A stretch of DNA of 64,000 nucleotides from Amphiscolops sp. MND2022. Lineage: Eukaryota. Every line of letters begins with the position of its first letter. The first letter of the stretch is position 1. The DNA is taken from positions 44,952,001 through 45,016,000 of the forward strand of contig OZ076409.1 of the NCBI GenBank assembly GCA_964187785.1, read 5' to 3'. The position numbers and the translations under genes are program-made. Positions 27,673 through 38,564 of the stretch are shown in pieces. The notes under the pieces are model-generated. The model had not been told where the DNA came from and did not search any database. It was given only the letters and a program-made list of their open reading frames with translations.

Positions 27673-28760
27673 TCAGACAAAAATTTCATTGGCCTATTCC
27701 ATTACGCATTAGACCTCAGGGGTATTAGGGTTAAAGTGTAAAACTATTTGGGTGTCTTCGAGCTCGGCTAATTGATGCTTTTAATTCAACTCCTCAAGGG
27801 GAATTGAAACAATTTTGAAGAAAAAGGATTTCTAACATACCCAAAAAGTGATCATTTGAGCTGCTTCCGATCGATTATTAGTGAAAAAAAAACAATCTCA
27901 CAATTGGGTCTGGTTAAATCAGCCTAAAGTTTATTTTCCGCCTTCACGAATTCATTGCCAAGTGTGTAGCATTTTTTTTCCCAATTCAACTTATTCCTTA
28001 TTCTCAAATATTGTAGTTACCTATTAAAGTTCTTATGTGGATATTTCAGCCACCGTCGCCCAGTTGGCAGTGCGTCCGCCTGGTAGACAGGTCGTGCGTT
28101 CTAACACAGGCTGGAGCCTAAATACCTTCTCAGGAAGTAGGTGGTCGGTATATCTCATGTTCGCCATACCTTTTGCCTTTTTTTTAAAAAAAAAGATGGG
28201 TTTCGAACCTCGCTTTCTCCATTTTTTTTGTGAGGCGGAAAATATCTAGGTGCTTAGCGGGCGTCTTGTTAAATTTCGAAACTAAACTGTAACTCTTTTG
28301 GAATGAATTTTGAAAGATCAAAACATTTCATTAGGCTTTACTTTGTGCTGCTCTCGATAATTAATTCTTGAAACCAAAATATCTCAGAAATCGGCTTCAA
28401 TAATATCAATCTTTCAATTGGGACTAATGCCACAGAAAATTAAGAGGAAATTTATGAAAACTAGAGGCAAAATGCTACTGCATGCTACTGCATAAGAACT
28501 GAGGTGACTGTTTCCTTGCCAATCGGGTGCTTGCGAAAAAATGACTGCTTGCCGAAATGTTTGTCGGTGCTATAGGATGTTTTTCAAAAAAACCTTCAGC
28601 TCAGAACTAATTTTATTCCAATAATTCTCCAAACTATTTTCAAAATAGTCAAGAAATTTATTTCCGATCAAGGATCTCTCAAAAACAAAAAGAAACTCCA
28701 AAAATGAACCCACTTCGATCAATCTGAAGGTCGTGAGTTTTCGAATTACCCCAAATCAAA

Positions 28761-30110
28761 ACAAGCCGGGACCGACCCAAGTCGGCGCCATATCTAAGGC
28801 TCAGAAAGAGCAAAAGGACTTCAAAGTGTCAAGTATTCTCTTCTACAGTACTCGCAAGAGGAAAAAATTAAAAAATTCGAATTTTTTTTCAATTTTTTTT
28901 GGTCCCCGGGAAGTCACATAGTGCCGAAAAATGTAAAAGGGGACCTCAAAAAAGCCTAATTAACCTCTATCTCAAGTGCCAGTAGAAGTAGTGTGCCATT
29001 TAGTGTTAGTTCAAGTCAGCTTATAAAGCTTATAATCTGTCCCTTAAAATCTGTCACTTGGTTGGTCTTTAAAAAAACAAGCCGGGAACGGCCAAGTCGG
29101 CGCCATATCTAAGGCTCAGAAAGAGCAAAAAGACTTCAAAAAGTCAAAGTATTGGTGAACTGAGGACCCTTTCATGAGAAAAATTGTAAAAAGGTCTCAC
29201 AATGCCGAAAAAACTGAAAGGGATGAGGATTCTTTGGGATTTTCCAACATCCATTCTGTCGCAACACTCCCAAACATTGAAGAGGGCACTTTGGTGGGAA
29301 AAAATTCGAAAAAAAGTCGCACAATGCTGAAAAACTGAAAGGGGGATCCTTTAGACTCGCCCGGTAATGTATGTTAAGCTGAAAAAGCCTTTTGGTTCAT
29401 TTTCCAGGGCCAACAGGTGCAATTTAAAATTTTGTAGAACTTTTGGTAGAACTCTTTTGGTCACTTCAGGTGTATCGAAAAACAAGACGAGAACGTCTGA
29501 AGTCGGCGCTATATCTAAGGCTCAAAAAGCGCAAAACATTTTTATTGGAAAAACTTGAAATTTTTTTTCCGGAAAATCTCGCATAGTGCCGAAAAATGTA
29601 AAAAAGGGGGACCCTTTGGGACTTATTAACATACATTCTGTTGCAAAATAACAAAAAACTCGAAGGGTGTACCCTTTGGAGACATAGAAAAATTTTCGAA
29701 AAAAAAGTCGCAGTGCCGAAAAAATCCAAAGGGGGGGGGTGGATCCTTTAGGCTAGTCCGGTTTTGTAGGTTACGTTAAAAAAGTAAAAAAATGAAAGGG
29801 GGACCCTTTGCACTAAGTTTGCTTTGGCCGGACTTGGCTTTAGGTGGTTTCAGAAATATTTCTAAAAAGTGGACCGATCAGTGTGAGGTTACTGGATCAG
29901 TGTGAGGTTACCATAGTATGTGGTCTGAAGAAAAAAGGTCACTGCTATAGTCGGGCATTTTTCCTTAAAAGGAAAACGCGCCGACTAAAAAAGGTCACTG
30001 TTATAGTCGGGCATTTTTCATCAAAAGGAAAACGCGCCGACTAAAAACACTGAACACTAACGAAAAGCCATGACTATAGTCGGCTCTTTTCAAGAAAACC
30101 GCCGACTAGA
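28761..30110 (-). mobile_element. Cluster of nested family 1 Helentron-like elements
   Basis: Termini at ~28761, ~29077, ~29482; stacked GCCGACTAAAAA ends at 29980-30110. Confidence 0.72.
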
Positions 30111-30608
30111 AATAAAGTGCGAAAATGAGTGAAATCACTTTGACGAAAACACTTTTAGTCAAGAATTTCTCTAAAATGAGTTCAATTCTCGAAAATTGGC
30201 TTTACCCAAATGAATCTAAAGGACCATTCCGCTTGAGATTTCTGCCAAAGGAAATAATTGGAAAATTTTTTGAAAATTGTCAAAGTTGGCACTTTCGCAA
30301 TTATTGCCACTTTTGGACCATAGTTTCTAAACAAAAACAAAACGCGAAATCAGCCCCAGATGATTCAAGCCCAAACTTGAAAAACAATTTTTTTACAAAA
30401 TGGAAATTTTCGGCATTTTGATGTGGAGGGAAAACTAGACGATATGTAACCCCAATCCATGGAGATTTTTGCTATTTTCAAAAACTGGAATAAAATTTTT
30501 CAATAGCCAAAATCACAATTAAGCTATCAAAAGAATGAACTATGAAAGGTCTACCATTGTGCTTTGATGAGCCCCAGTGGCCAGGCGCCCCAATCTTCAG
30601 AATTCTAG

Positions 30609-30940
30609 TTTTAGTCGGCGTGAAGTGAAAACGCGACTATTATAGTGACTCTTTTTTTTTATAGTGACCCCTTTCAGTTTTTCGGCGTTGTGAGACTTTT
30701 TTTTTCCTAAAATTTTTTACTCTCCAAAGGGTCCCCCCTTCAACTGCGACAAAAATGTTGACAATTTCGGACGTGTCCCCCCCCCTTTTAGCGCGCCACT
30801 CGGTCCATTTTTTTGAATATGTAATTTTTTCGAAAATTTTTCGATTTTCGAGTACTATAAAGAATACTTGACACTTGGAAGTCTTTTTGCTATTTTTGAG
30901 CCTTGGATATGGCGCCGACTTGGGCCGGTCCCGGCTTGTT
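30609..30940 (+). mobile_element. Helentron/DINE-1-like element, family 1
   Basis: TTTTAGTCGGCG ... GCGCCGACTTGGGCCGGTCCCGGCTTGTT. Confidence 0.72.
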
Positions 30941-31878
30941 TCCTGAACCGCCGAGCTTCGCGGAGATTGTATCAAAAACAGCACATTATGTGGTTTTGCT
31001 GCACGAGGCACTGTTGTGTAATGGTATACAGTTGCCGTTTTAAATGCACCAAGAACTGTTCAGAAAATTGGATTTTATAAAAAAAATTCTTGAAAAATGT
31101 AACTATTTTTTAACAAAAACAGAATTTTCTCAACTCCGGGGAAAATGAACTTTTTCTAACTATTCCGTTGGAACCAAACAAAGTACCGACAAAGGATAAA
31201 TTTAAACTGTGCCAAAAATATGAGCAGCTGGTAAAATGATTCGGATGTTTGTTAACGGCTTTAAAGCATTATTAGGTTAATTGGCGTTAATACACCTACG
31301 GAAAGTTATCAGTCGTGAAAATAAAGTGGCCAGCCCAGCATCACTTTTGGCAGAATTTTTGAAACTGATGCAATGGTTTTATGACAATGAAAATGGCTTC
31401 CAAAAATCAATCAAATATTCCGTTCGAAAAACAGCAAAATATTACCATGAAAACTACAGAACAATTCTGAATGAACCTCAAAAGTGATTATTTCGAAGTA
31501 AAATCTACGGGATGAAACAACTCTATTTATAAAAGTTCCTGAAGTGATGAAATTCCGGACAGACAATCCAAGCTTTGGAACCTTGAAGGAGGCACCTTTG
31601 ACATGGAATCTTTTGAATGCTGTCAAAGCTCTTACAAAATTACTCAGTCAAATGTCTAAACTCGCTCACTTCCGGCAATGATTTTCATCTTACTAGCTGC
31701 CGTGAGTTATGTAAACAAACAGTCAACTCCGGTTAATTCGTATCCGGATAATTCGGATCTTCGTTCGATTCGTATGTATCTGAGACCCCATTTCGCGACG
31801 GGCAAAGTAATATCATCCGGATAATTCGAATTTCTCATAATTCGTACTATTTTATTCGATCCCTAGCGATACGAATTA

Positions 31879-34713
31879 CAGTACGTTCGTTTTGTCTATG
31901 CAAGTGTCACTGAAAAAAGAAATGTAGATTCAGTGTGTATTGAAACATATTGAAACACATTTTGAATGCTTACATTTTTTTTTACAAAGTAGCATGAAAT
32001 TGTTTTCACGTGTTTTAATTAAAATGCAGGAAATGAATTTTTGCAAAATGAAATTTTAAGTGTTCGTTTTGTTTAGGCAACTTTACTTTATGAACATTTA
32101 TTTAAACCATTATTGAAGTTATTCACCCGAAACTTTTACTATGGGCAAGAAACAAGATTTGACATCGTCTGAAAAAGACGAAATTGTTCGTTTATTTGGG
32201 AAAGGAATATCAACATTGCAAATAGCCAAAGATGTGAAGCGAGATCTTCGGACCATCAAATCATTTGCTAACAACTCTACCAAAGTTCGTACAAATGGGA
32301 GAAGGGAATTTGCAAAGTTACAAAAAGAAGCAAGTCACTTTTGGCACGAAAATTGAAGCAAAATCAGTTATCAACCAGTGGAAAATTATTTTGTGAAGCT
32401 GGCATTCAAAACTGTGGTCGGACACTTAGATGTTAAATTCTATCAACAATTGGAAAAATAGTTCAACCAATTCGCCAACCTCCTCTGTCTAAGTGCATGG
32501 ATCAAATCCTGTAGCCTGGGCGAAACAATACATGAAAGTAGATTTGCGACGAGTTATATTTACCGATGAATGTCGGGCCACATTAGATGGACCAGATGGC
32601 TTCTGTAGAGGGTGGGTGCATACCGCAACTGAAATTCCACGTAGGCTACGTCGCCAGCAAGGTGGTGGTGGAGTAGTTTTGGGCCGGTATTCTGTATAAC
32701 AAAGTAGTAGGACCATTTAGGGTCCCTCAAAATGGATTCCAATTCCTACCAACTTTTCTTACGGCAAAATTTTAAACCATGGTACCACGGCCTACCACTG
32801 GACGAGAAAATCGCATGCATGACAATGCACCTTCGCATGCTGCCAAAAATTCAATGTCATATCTGGAGAGTATTGGCATTTTTGGGTCACGATTAATGAA
32901 CTGGCCACCATCATCACCGGATTCAAATCCCATTGATAACTTTTGGGGTATCATCAAAAGAAATGTTTATGCGGAAAACAAGCAGTTTCATTCAAAGGAT
33001 GATCTGTGGAGAGCTATTGTCAATGTTCCTAACGAATTGACCCAAACAATAAAAAAACTGACCTCCTCAGTTGATCTTTATATCGGTACTGATTCGGATT
33101 CTTTATATAGTCACCGATACAATTACTTTATGGTAATTGTATTTCCCGAATTTTGGAAAAAAATCGTTTTTTGTCAAAAGCAAATGAATTTGCATAAACA
33201 AAAAGAACAGTTTGTTTTTTAAACTCTAAAGTTTGGAAGGAAATACAGTTACCTGTTTTCTGTTGCTTTATATATACTTATGATTCGTTCAAATAAAATG
33301 TGTTTATTAAACAGAAGTGTTTTTAGTCGGCGCATTTTAGTAGAAAATGTGCCCGACTCTTACAGTGGGTAGTTTTTTTAGACGAAAGGTCCACTTTTTG
33401 TTCATTTGTTAAAAAACCTCAAACCTCAACAACTTCAAACCTCAACAACTCCAACCTCAGAAGCGCGTCCAAAACGAAAAGAAAAAACAAAACAGACGTC
33501 CAGAACCTCGAAAACACACTAAGGATCCCCCCATAGCCCCACTTTTTTTCGGTACTATGAGACTTTTTGAAACTTTTTGGATTGCACCAAAGGGTCCCCC
33601 CTTCATTTGTTTCGATATTTTGCAACACAATGGAAGTCAAAAAGGCAAAAGCGTCCCCCCTTTTACATTTTTCGGCACTGTGACACTATTCAAAAAATCT
33701 TTTTTGGGAAATTTTTTCATGTCCCCAAAGGGTATCCCCTTCAATTAATTTCATTTTTTGCAACCAGCTGGAGTTTCACAAAGCCCGAAAGGTCCCCCCT
33801 TTTCAATTTTGAGCCTTAGATATGGCGCCGACTTTGGCCCTTCTCGGCTTGTTCTTATTTCATTGAGAAGTTCTGACAAAAAATTTACTGATTCGGATTC
33901 TTTATATAGTCACCGATACAATTACTTTATGGTAATTGTATTTCCCGAATTTTGGAAAAAAATCGTTTTTTGTCAAAAGCAAATGAATTTGCATAAACAA
34001 AAAGAACAGTTTGTTTTTTAAACTCTAAAGTTTGGAAGGAAATACAGTTACCTGTTTTCTGTTGCTTTATATATACTTATGATTCGTTCAAATAAAATGT
34101 GTTTATTAAACAGAAGTGTTTTTAGTCGGCGCATTTTAGTAGAAAATGTGCCCGACTCTTACAGTGGGTAGTTTTTTTAGACGAAAGGTCCACTTTTTGT
34201 TCATTTGTTAAAAAACCTCAAACCTCAACAACTTCAAACCTCAACAACTCCAACCTCAGAAGCGCGTCCAAAACGAAAAGAAAAAACAAAACAGACGTCC
34301 AGAACCTCGAAAACACACTAAGGATCCCCCCATAGCCCCACTTTTTTTCGGTACTATGAGACTTTTTGAAACTTTTTGGATTGCACCAAAGGGTCCCCCC
34401 TTCATTTGTTTCGATATTTTGCAACACAATGGAAGTCAAAAAGGCAAAAGCGTCCCCCCTTTTACATTTTTCGGCACTGTGACACTATTCAAAAAATCTT
34501 TTTTGGGAAATTTTTTCATGTCCCCAAAGGGTATCCCCTTCAATTAATTTCATTTTTTGCAACCAGCTGGAGTTTCACAAAGCCCGAAAGGTCCCCCCTT
34601 TTCAATTTTGAGCCTTAGATATGGCGCCGACTTTGGCCCTTCTCGGCTTGTTCTTATTTCATTGAGAAGTTCTGACAAAAAATTTCACTTGCATAAACAA
34701 AACGAACAGGGTG
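31879..34713 (+). mobile_element. Decayed Tc1/mariner transposon of DD37E (TRT-like) type
   Basis: MGKKQDLT HTH start at 32141; FTDECRATLDGPDG, RRQQGGGGV, MHDNAPSH-...-WPPSSPDSNPID (37-residue spacing); imperfect TIRs GTTCGTTTTGTYTATGCAAGTG with inner repeats near 32062 and 33190. Confidence 0.85.
33087..34684. repeat. Tandem duplication, 2 x 799 bp
   Basis: 33087-33885 and 33886-34684 appear identical; ORF track repeats at a 799 offset; each unit contains a family 1 element. Confidence 0.95.
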
Positions 34714-34821
34714 ATGGTGGATTCCACTGTACTGAAGAATGGGTCAGTCTTTTGGTACTGAAAAAAAGCTTTTTCATAATATTATAGCTTAAGCAGAAGT
34801 AATGCAGAAACTGGTCATCAC

Positions 34822-34923
34822 TGAGAGTTGGAGCCCAGAAATTGACAATCATCACTCGATTCACATTTTGTTCGTTGGAAATACAAGTCATGAGTTGGCC
34901 GCGTAATACTTCCGGACTGCGTT
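34822..34923 (-). CDS. Phytochelatin synthase-like protein, copy 1, exon 3a (5' of the TIR insertion)
   Basis: ttaag|AA CGC...; ERSPEVLRGQLMTCISNEQNVNRVMIVNFWAPTL, colinear with paralog; putative donor A|gtgatg lies inside the TIR. Confidence 0.8.
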
Positions 34924-35253
34924 CTTAAAAAGAATTCATATTTGGACTTCCTCATCTGTTATTATCAGTTATCATTTCACAACCTGCTACAATGTCACGA
35001 GTTAACTAAATTCTTGACAGAAATATAGATTCCACGCTTTTGTGAAACAGGCGCTCCAATACTAAATCAGAGCTTTGAAAATCAGAGCCACATTTTGGAG
35101 ACAATAGAGATACTGGAAAGCATCTTCTGTAACTATTGTGTAACGAAATCCGTTCCACTTCTGATTTATGATATGAGTAAAGACATACATCAATTATACA
35201 AGCCTCAGGTTGAAAGAAGACGCAAAAAATAAATATGGCAACAGTTATCTAAC

Positions 35254-35409
35254 CACTCATGTGATGAGAGCCACCAAGACAGCCAAAGAACTTGATAATA
35301 TTAGAAGCACAGGCTAGATTCATTCCATTAATTTCAACCACTTTCGGGTCGCACACCTCCTTGGCAAGATCGGAGTTACCAACTAAATCTGCCTCTCTGA
35401 TTTCACCCT
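35254..35409 (-). CDS. Phytochelatin synthase-like protein, copy 1, exon 2
   Basis: tttag|AG ... AGT G|gttaga; EGEIREADLVGNSDLAKEVCDPKVVEINGMNLACASNIIKFFGC...; 156 bp, colinear with 42528-42683. Confidence 0.82.
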
Positions 35410-35934
35410 CTAAAATTCAAGAGCTTTAACGTTGGAAGACTGCAAATGACGAAAATTTCGAAAATTGACAAGTTTTGGCTCATTTGAGGCATTTTTAAAA
35501 ACAAGTTCATAATTGCCTTCACAAAACATATGGTACGAACCGTTCTCTCCGTTTTATTCTGTGGAAGAAACTCCACCTTTTGAGTAGAAAATGACACTGT
35601 GGTAAAATTTAGGGAAAACGCGGCTGAGACATTAATTTTTCTTTACCATATGGACTATGGGCGGAAATTTCAAGGATGACATAATTGAAGGAATCATTAC
35701 GCCGTGTTGCGTACATTTCAAAAGCTTATATATGCGGTTCACTGATGAAAGAAAATGAAGCAAAAACATCAAACTTTCCAGCGAAATTACGGTTACATTC
35801 AACACTAAGTGGTTTTATGAAACCAAGAATCCGAATTAAGTATGCAAGTTCGACAGGAATTTCACCAGAAATTATTTTGCAAAAACGAAAGAAAAATTGA
35901 ATCAACAGCTTTCTAGAGGTGACAAAAGACTAAC

Positions 35935-36127
35935 CAAAAACATTTAAAGCAGACAAAGCGCATGCAGAAGAGCAATAACCACAAAAGGAATTGCCATCTT
36001 GTTCATGGAAAAAAGGTGAAATAGTTTTGTAAGCACTCTGATTTTTCTGTTCAGCCTCCTGTAGAAGTTTCTGACCGTCAAGCGAAGCAAGCAGAATGCC
36101 CGTGGTACTAGCCAGTCCACGGCTCAT
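35935..36127 (-). CDS. Phytochelatin synthase-like protein, copy 1, exon 1 (catalytic Cys)
   Basis: MSRGLAST...FHEQDGNSFCGYCSSACALSALNVF; QxxxxxCG motif of PCS; 193 bp, same length as paralog exon; donor G|gttagt. Confidence 0.85.
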
Positions 36128-36451
36128 AGTTGGAAAGGTGAGGAAACTGTTTGAAGCCAATATTTGTTCTTCAAGTGGGGTGACTTACAACACTAGTGCA
36201 TTAAACTGAAATTCACAGGGAAAGTTAAATTTATAGCAAAAACTTCTAGAAACAAATGAAGATTACAAAGAGGAATTTTTTTATTATCAACAGACGTCCG
36301 CGATATTGATACTCATAACCAAAATCGAAAGCAATTTTGCTACGCTGAGGCAGGGTTGTGCATCGTCAAGAAGATTTCGACATTTATTTTGCGATAAAAC
36401 ATTAAAACAGTAGTCACATTATTTTAAAAATAGTATATTAGGATAAGATAA

Positions 36452-37341
36452 ACAAGCCGGGACCGGCCCAAGTCGGCGCCATATCCAAGGCTCAAAAATA
36501 GCAAAAGGACTTCCAAGTGTCAATTTACAGTACTCGAAAATCGAAAAAGCAAAAAATATGAACTGAGTGGCGCGCCGGGGCCCGCTAGCGCAAGCCCCTG
36601 GCGCGCTAAAAGGGGGATACTTCCGAAATTGTCAACATTTTTGTCGCAGTTGAAGGGGGGACCCTTTGGAGAAAAAACAAATTTTCGAAAAAAAGTCTCA
36701 CAATGCCGAAAAACTGAAAGGGGGACCCTTTGGGATATTTAAACACCCAATCTGTTGTAAAATATCAAAGAAATTGAAGGGGGACCCTTTGGAGAGAAAA
36801 AAATTTAGAAAAAAAGTCTCACAATGCCGAAAAATTGAAAAAGGGGACCCTTTGGGGTTTTTCAACATCCATTCTGTCGCAAAACATCAAAAAAATGAAG
36901 TTGGGAAAAATTTTTATTTTCGAAAAAAATCTCACAGTGCCGAAAAAAAACTGAAAGGGGGACCCTTTGGGATTTTCCAACATCCATTCTGTCGCAAAAC
37001 AGCAAAAAAATTGAAGGGGCCCTTTGGGGAAAATTTTTTTTCCGAAAAAAAAGTCGCAGTGCCGAAAAAAATTAAAGGGGGGACCCTTTGGTCTCGCCCG
37101 GTATGGTATGTTACGCGGGAAAACAGGAAAAACCTTTTTGGTTCAGTTCGCTAGACCAAATAGTCAATTTGGTGCAATAATATTTTGTAGAACTTCTAAG
37201 AACTATTTTGGTCAGTTCGTGTGGATTGAAAAAAAAAGAAATGCCACTATAATAGTCGCGTTTCACTTCATGAAGCGCCGACTAAAAAAAGAAAAGCCAC
37301 TATAATAGTCGCGTTTCACTTCATGAAGCGCCGACTAAAAA
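36452..37341 (-). mobile_element. Helentron/DINE-1-like element, family 1, with expanded internal tandem repeats
   Basis: Both termini intact; about four ~115-120 bp units containing CACAATGCCGAAAAA and GGGGGACCCTTTGG; duplicated terminal palindrome. Confidence 0.78.
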
Positions 37342-38432
37342 TGGATGAAGTTTAACTCCATCGTGGTGACTCTATGTTGAAGTCTCGATATGTGCTGCTT
37401 TTCATGATAGAGCTACAATGGTCAATTACCGATACTCCACCAGTCATCGTGAGGGTTTTCTTGCGCATGTTGCTATTCTGGCAGCCAGGAGTATGAAATC
37501 AAGAATCCTGCAGCCGAAACGCAACTTTAGCAGTACCTTAATTCCTACTCAATTTGAACCTGGGCATTTCTAGTAGCGTTCTAAAATATCGCTACCTCTT
37601 TGCTTAAAATGGCAAAATTCAAAATCAAATATCTCGTGAACTGTTACAAATACAATATGAGCTACCTACAAAAGTTTATAATTTTACCTAGTTTACAAAA
37701 AACTGAAAATTCAAAATTTGGGAAGGTTTAATTGAATTGTTTTGATCGAGAATTTGTTTCGAATCAGAAAAAACACTATTTTGTGTCTATGATTACTGCA
37801 ATCCACGTATTGATGAGTCGTATTTAGAAATTTATAAATTTTATTTGAAATCGAAAGAGTTTTCAAATTTTTCAAATTGTAACAGCGTCCTCAAGAGATT
37901 CGGGGATATATTTGGCCAAAAAAATTAGTGCAAAATTTGAAGAACTACAAAAAAAACTATAAAACTTTGGCTGACACTTTCGTATTCATGGCAGTTTTGA
38001 AGATACTTTAAGCGATGGAGCGGGACATTTTTAGCTCACTGCTGTATTTCGTGTCCTGACACCTGACAATTTCAAAACAAAATTCCAGGGAAACGGACTT
38101 TTTAATGTATTAAAAACTTTGTATCAGAATTGTTATAACTCGCGTTATTTCCGAATTGTTTCCCTAATTCCAAAATACTTCAGGTCATTTATTTTAATAA
38201 AAATCAGGCCTAGAGCAGACTTCTGTATAAACCAACCTCGCATGACAGTTTTAAAAAGGAACTCAGTCAGGAAGCATTCAACAGAACCTCAATACACATT
38301 TGGGAAAAGTTGTAAAACATCTTCGACAGAAAAATATGAATTTAATTTAAAAACTAGACATTTGTACCTTTAAAAACTATAAATTTCAACCTATTCCAAT
38401 CTAATAGATATAATTTTTAGACAATTGATATA

Positions 38433-38564
38433 TTAATCTTTCTCAACAACGATGAAACCTCGGTGGCGACGTCCATCATAATCGATGGTATTCATAGCTG
38501 CAGTCATTTGTTCAATGGAGTACCACGCACTTTGAAAAAAAGTATCCAAAACCAGCAATTGATC
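38433..38564 (-). CDS. Phytochelatin synthase-like protein, copy 2, exon 3, 3' part (probably disconnected; copy 2 may be a pseudogene)
   Basis: DQLLVLDTFFQSAWYSIEQMTAAMNTIDYDGRRHRGFIVVEKD* resumes exactly where 41823 stops. Confidence 0.83.
   Translation of the reverse strand, partial: DQLLVLDTFFQSAWYSIEQMTAAMNTIDYDGRRHRGFIVVEKD

Larger units (their letters stand above)
27189..34823. mobile_element. hAT-like TIR-bounded insertion (non-autonomous, filled with nested elements) inside PCS-like copy 1
   Basis: Ends CAGTGATGACAA (27189) and TGGTCATCACTG (34823); 8-bp flanks AGAGTAGC / AGAGTTGG (6/8 identical); removal restores a continuous coding sequence. Confidence 0.72.

Noticed and set aside
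34685..34821. Read-through extension of PCS copy 1 exon 3a (SDDQFLHYF...CSFCLCK)
   Set aside because: Transposon-derived sequence with no counterpart in the paralog; would lack catalytic His and Asp
36666..37305. Lys/Gly/Phe-rich ORFs (KGGPFG repeats), also at 54129-54605, 11735-12109 and others
   Set aside because: Translations of the internal tandem repeats of the Helentron-like family; frames are not conserved among copies
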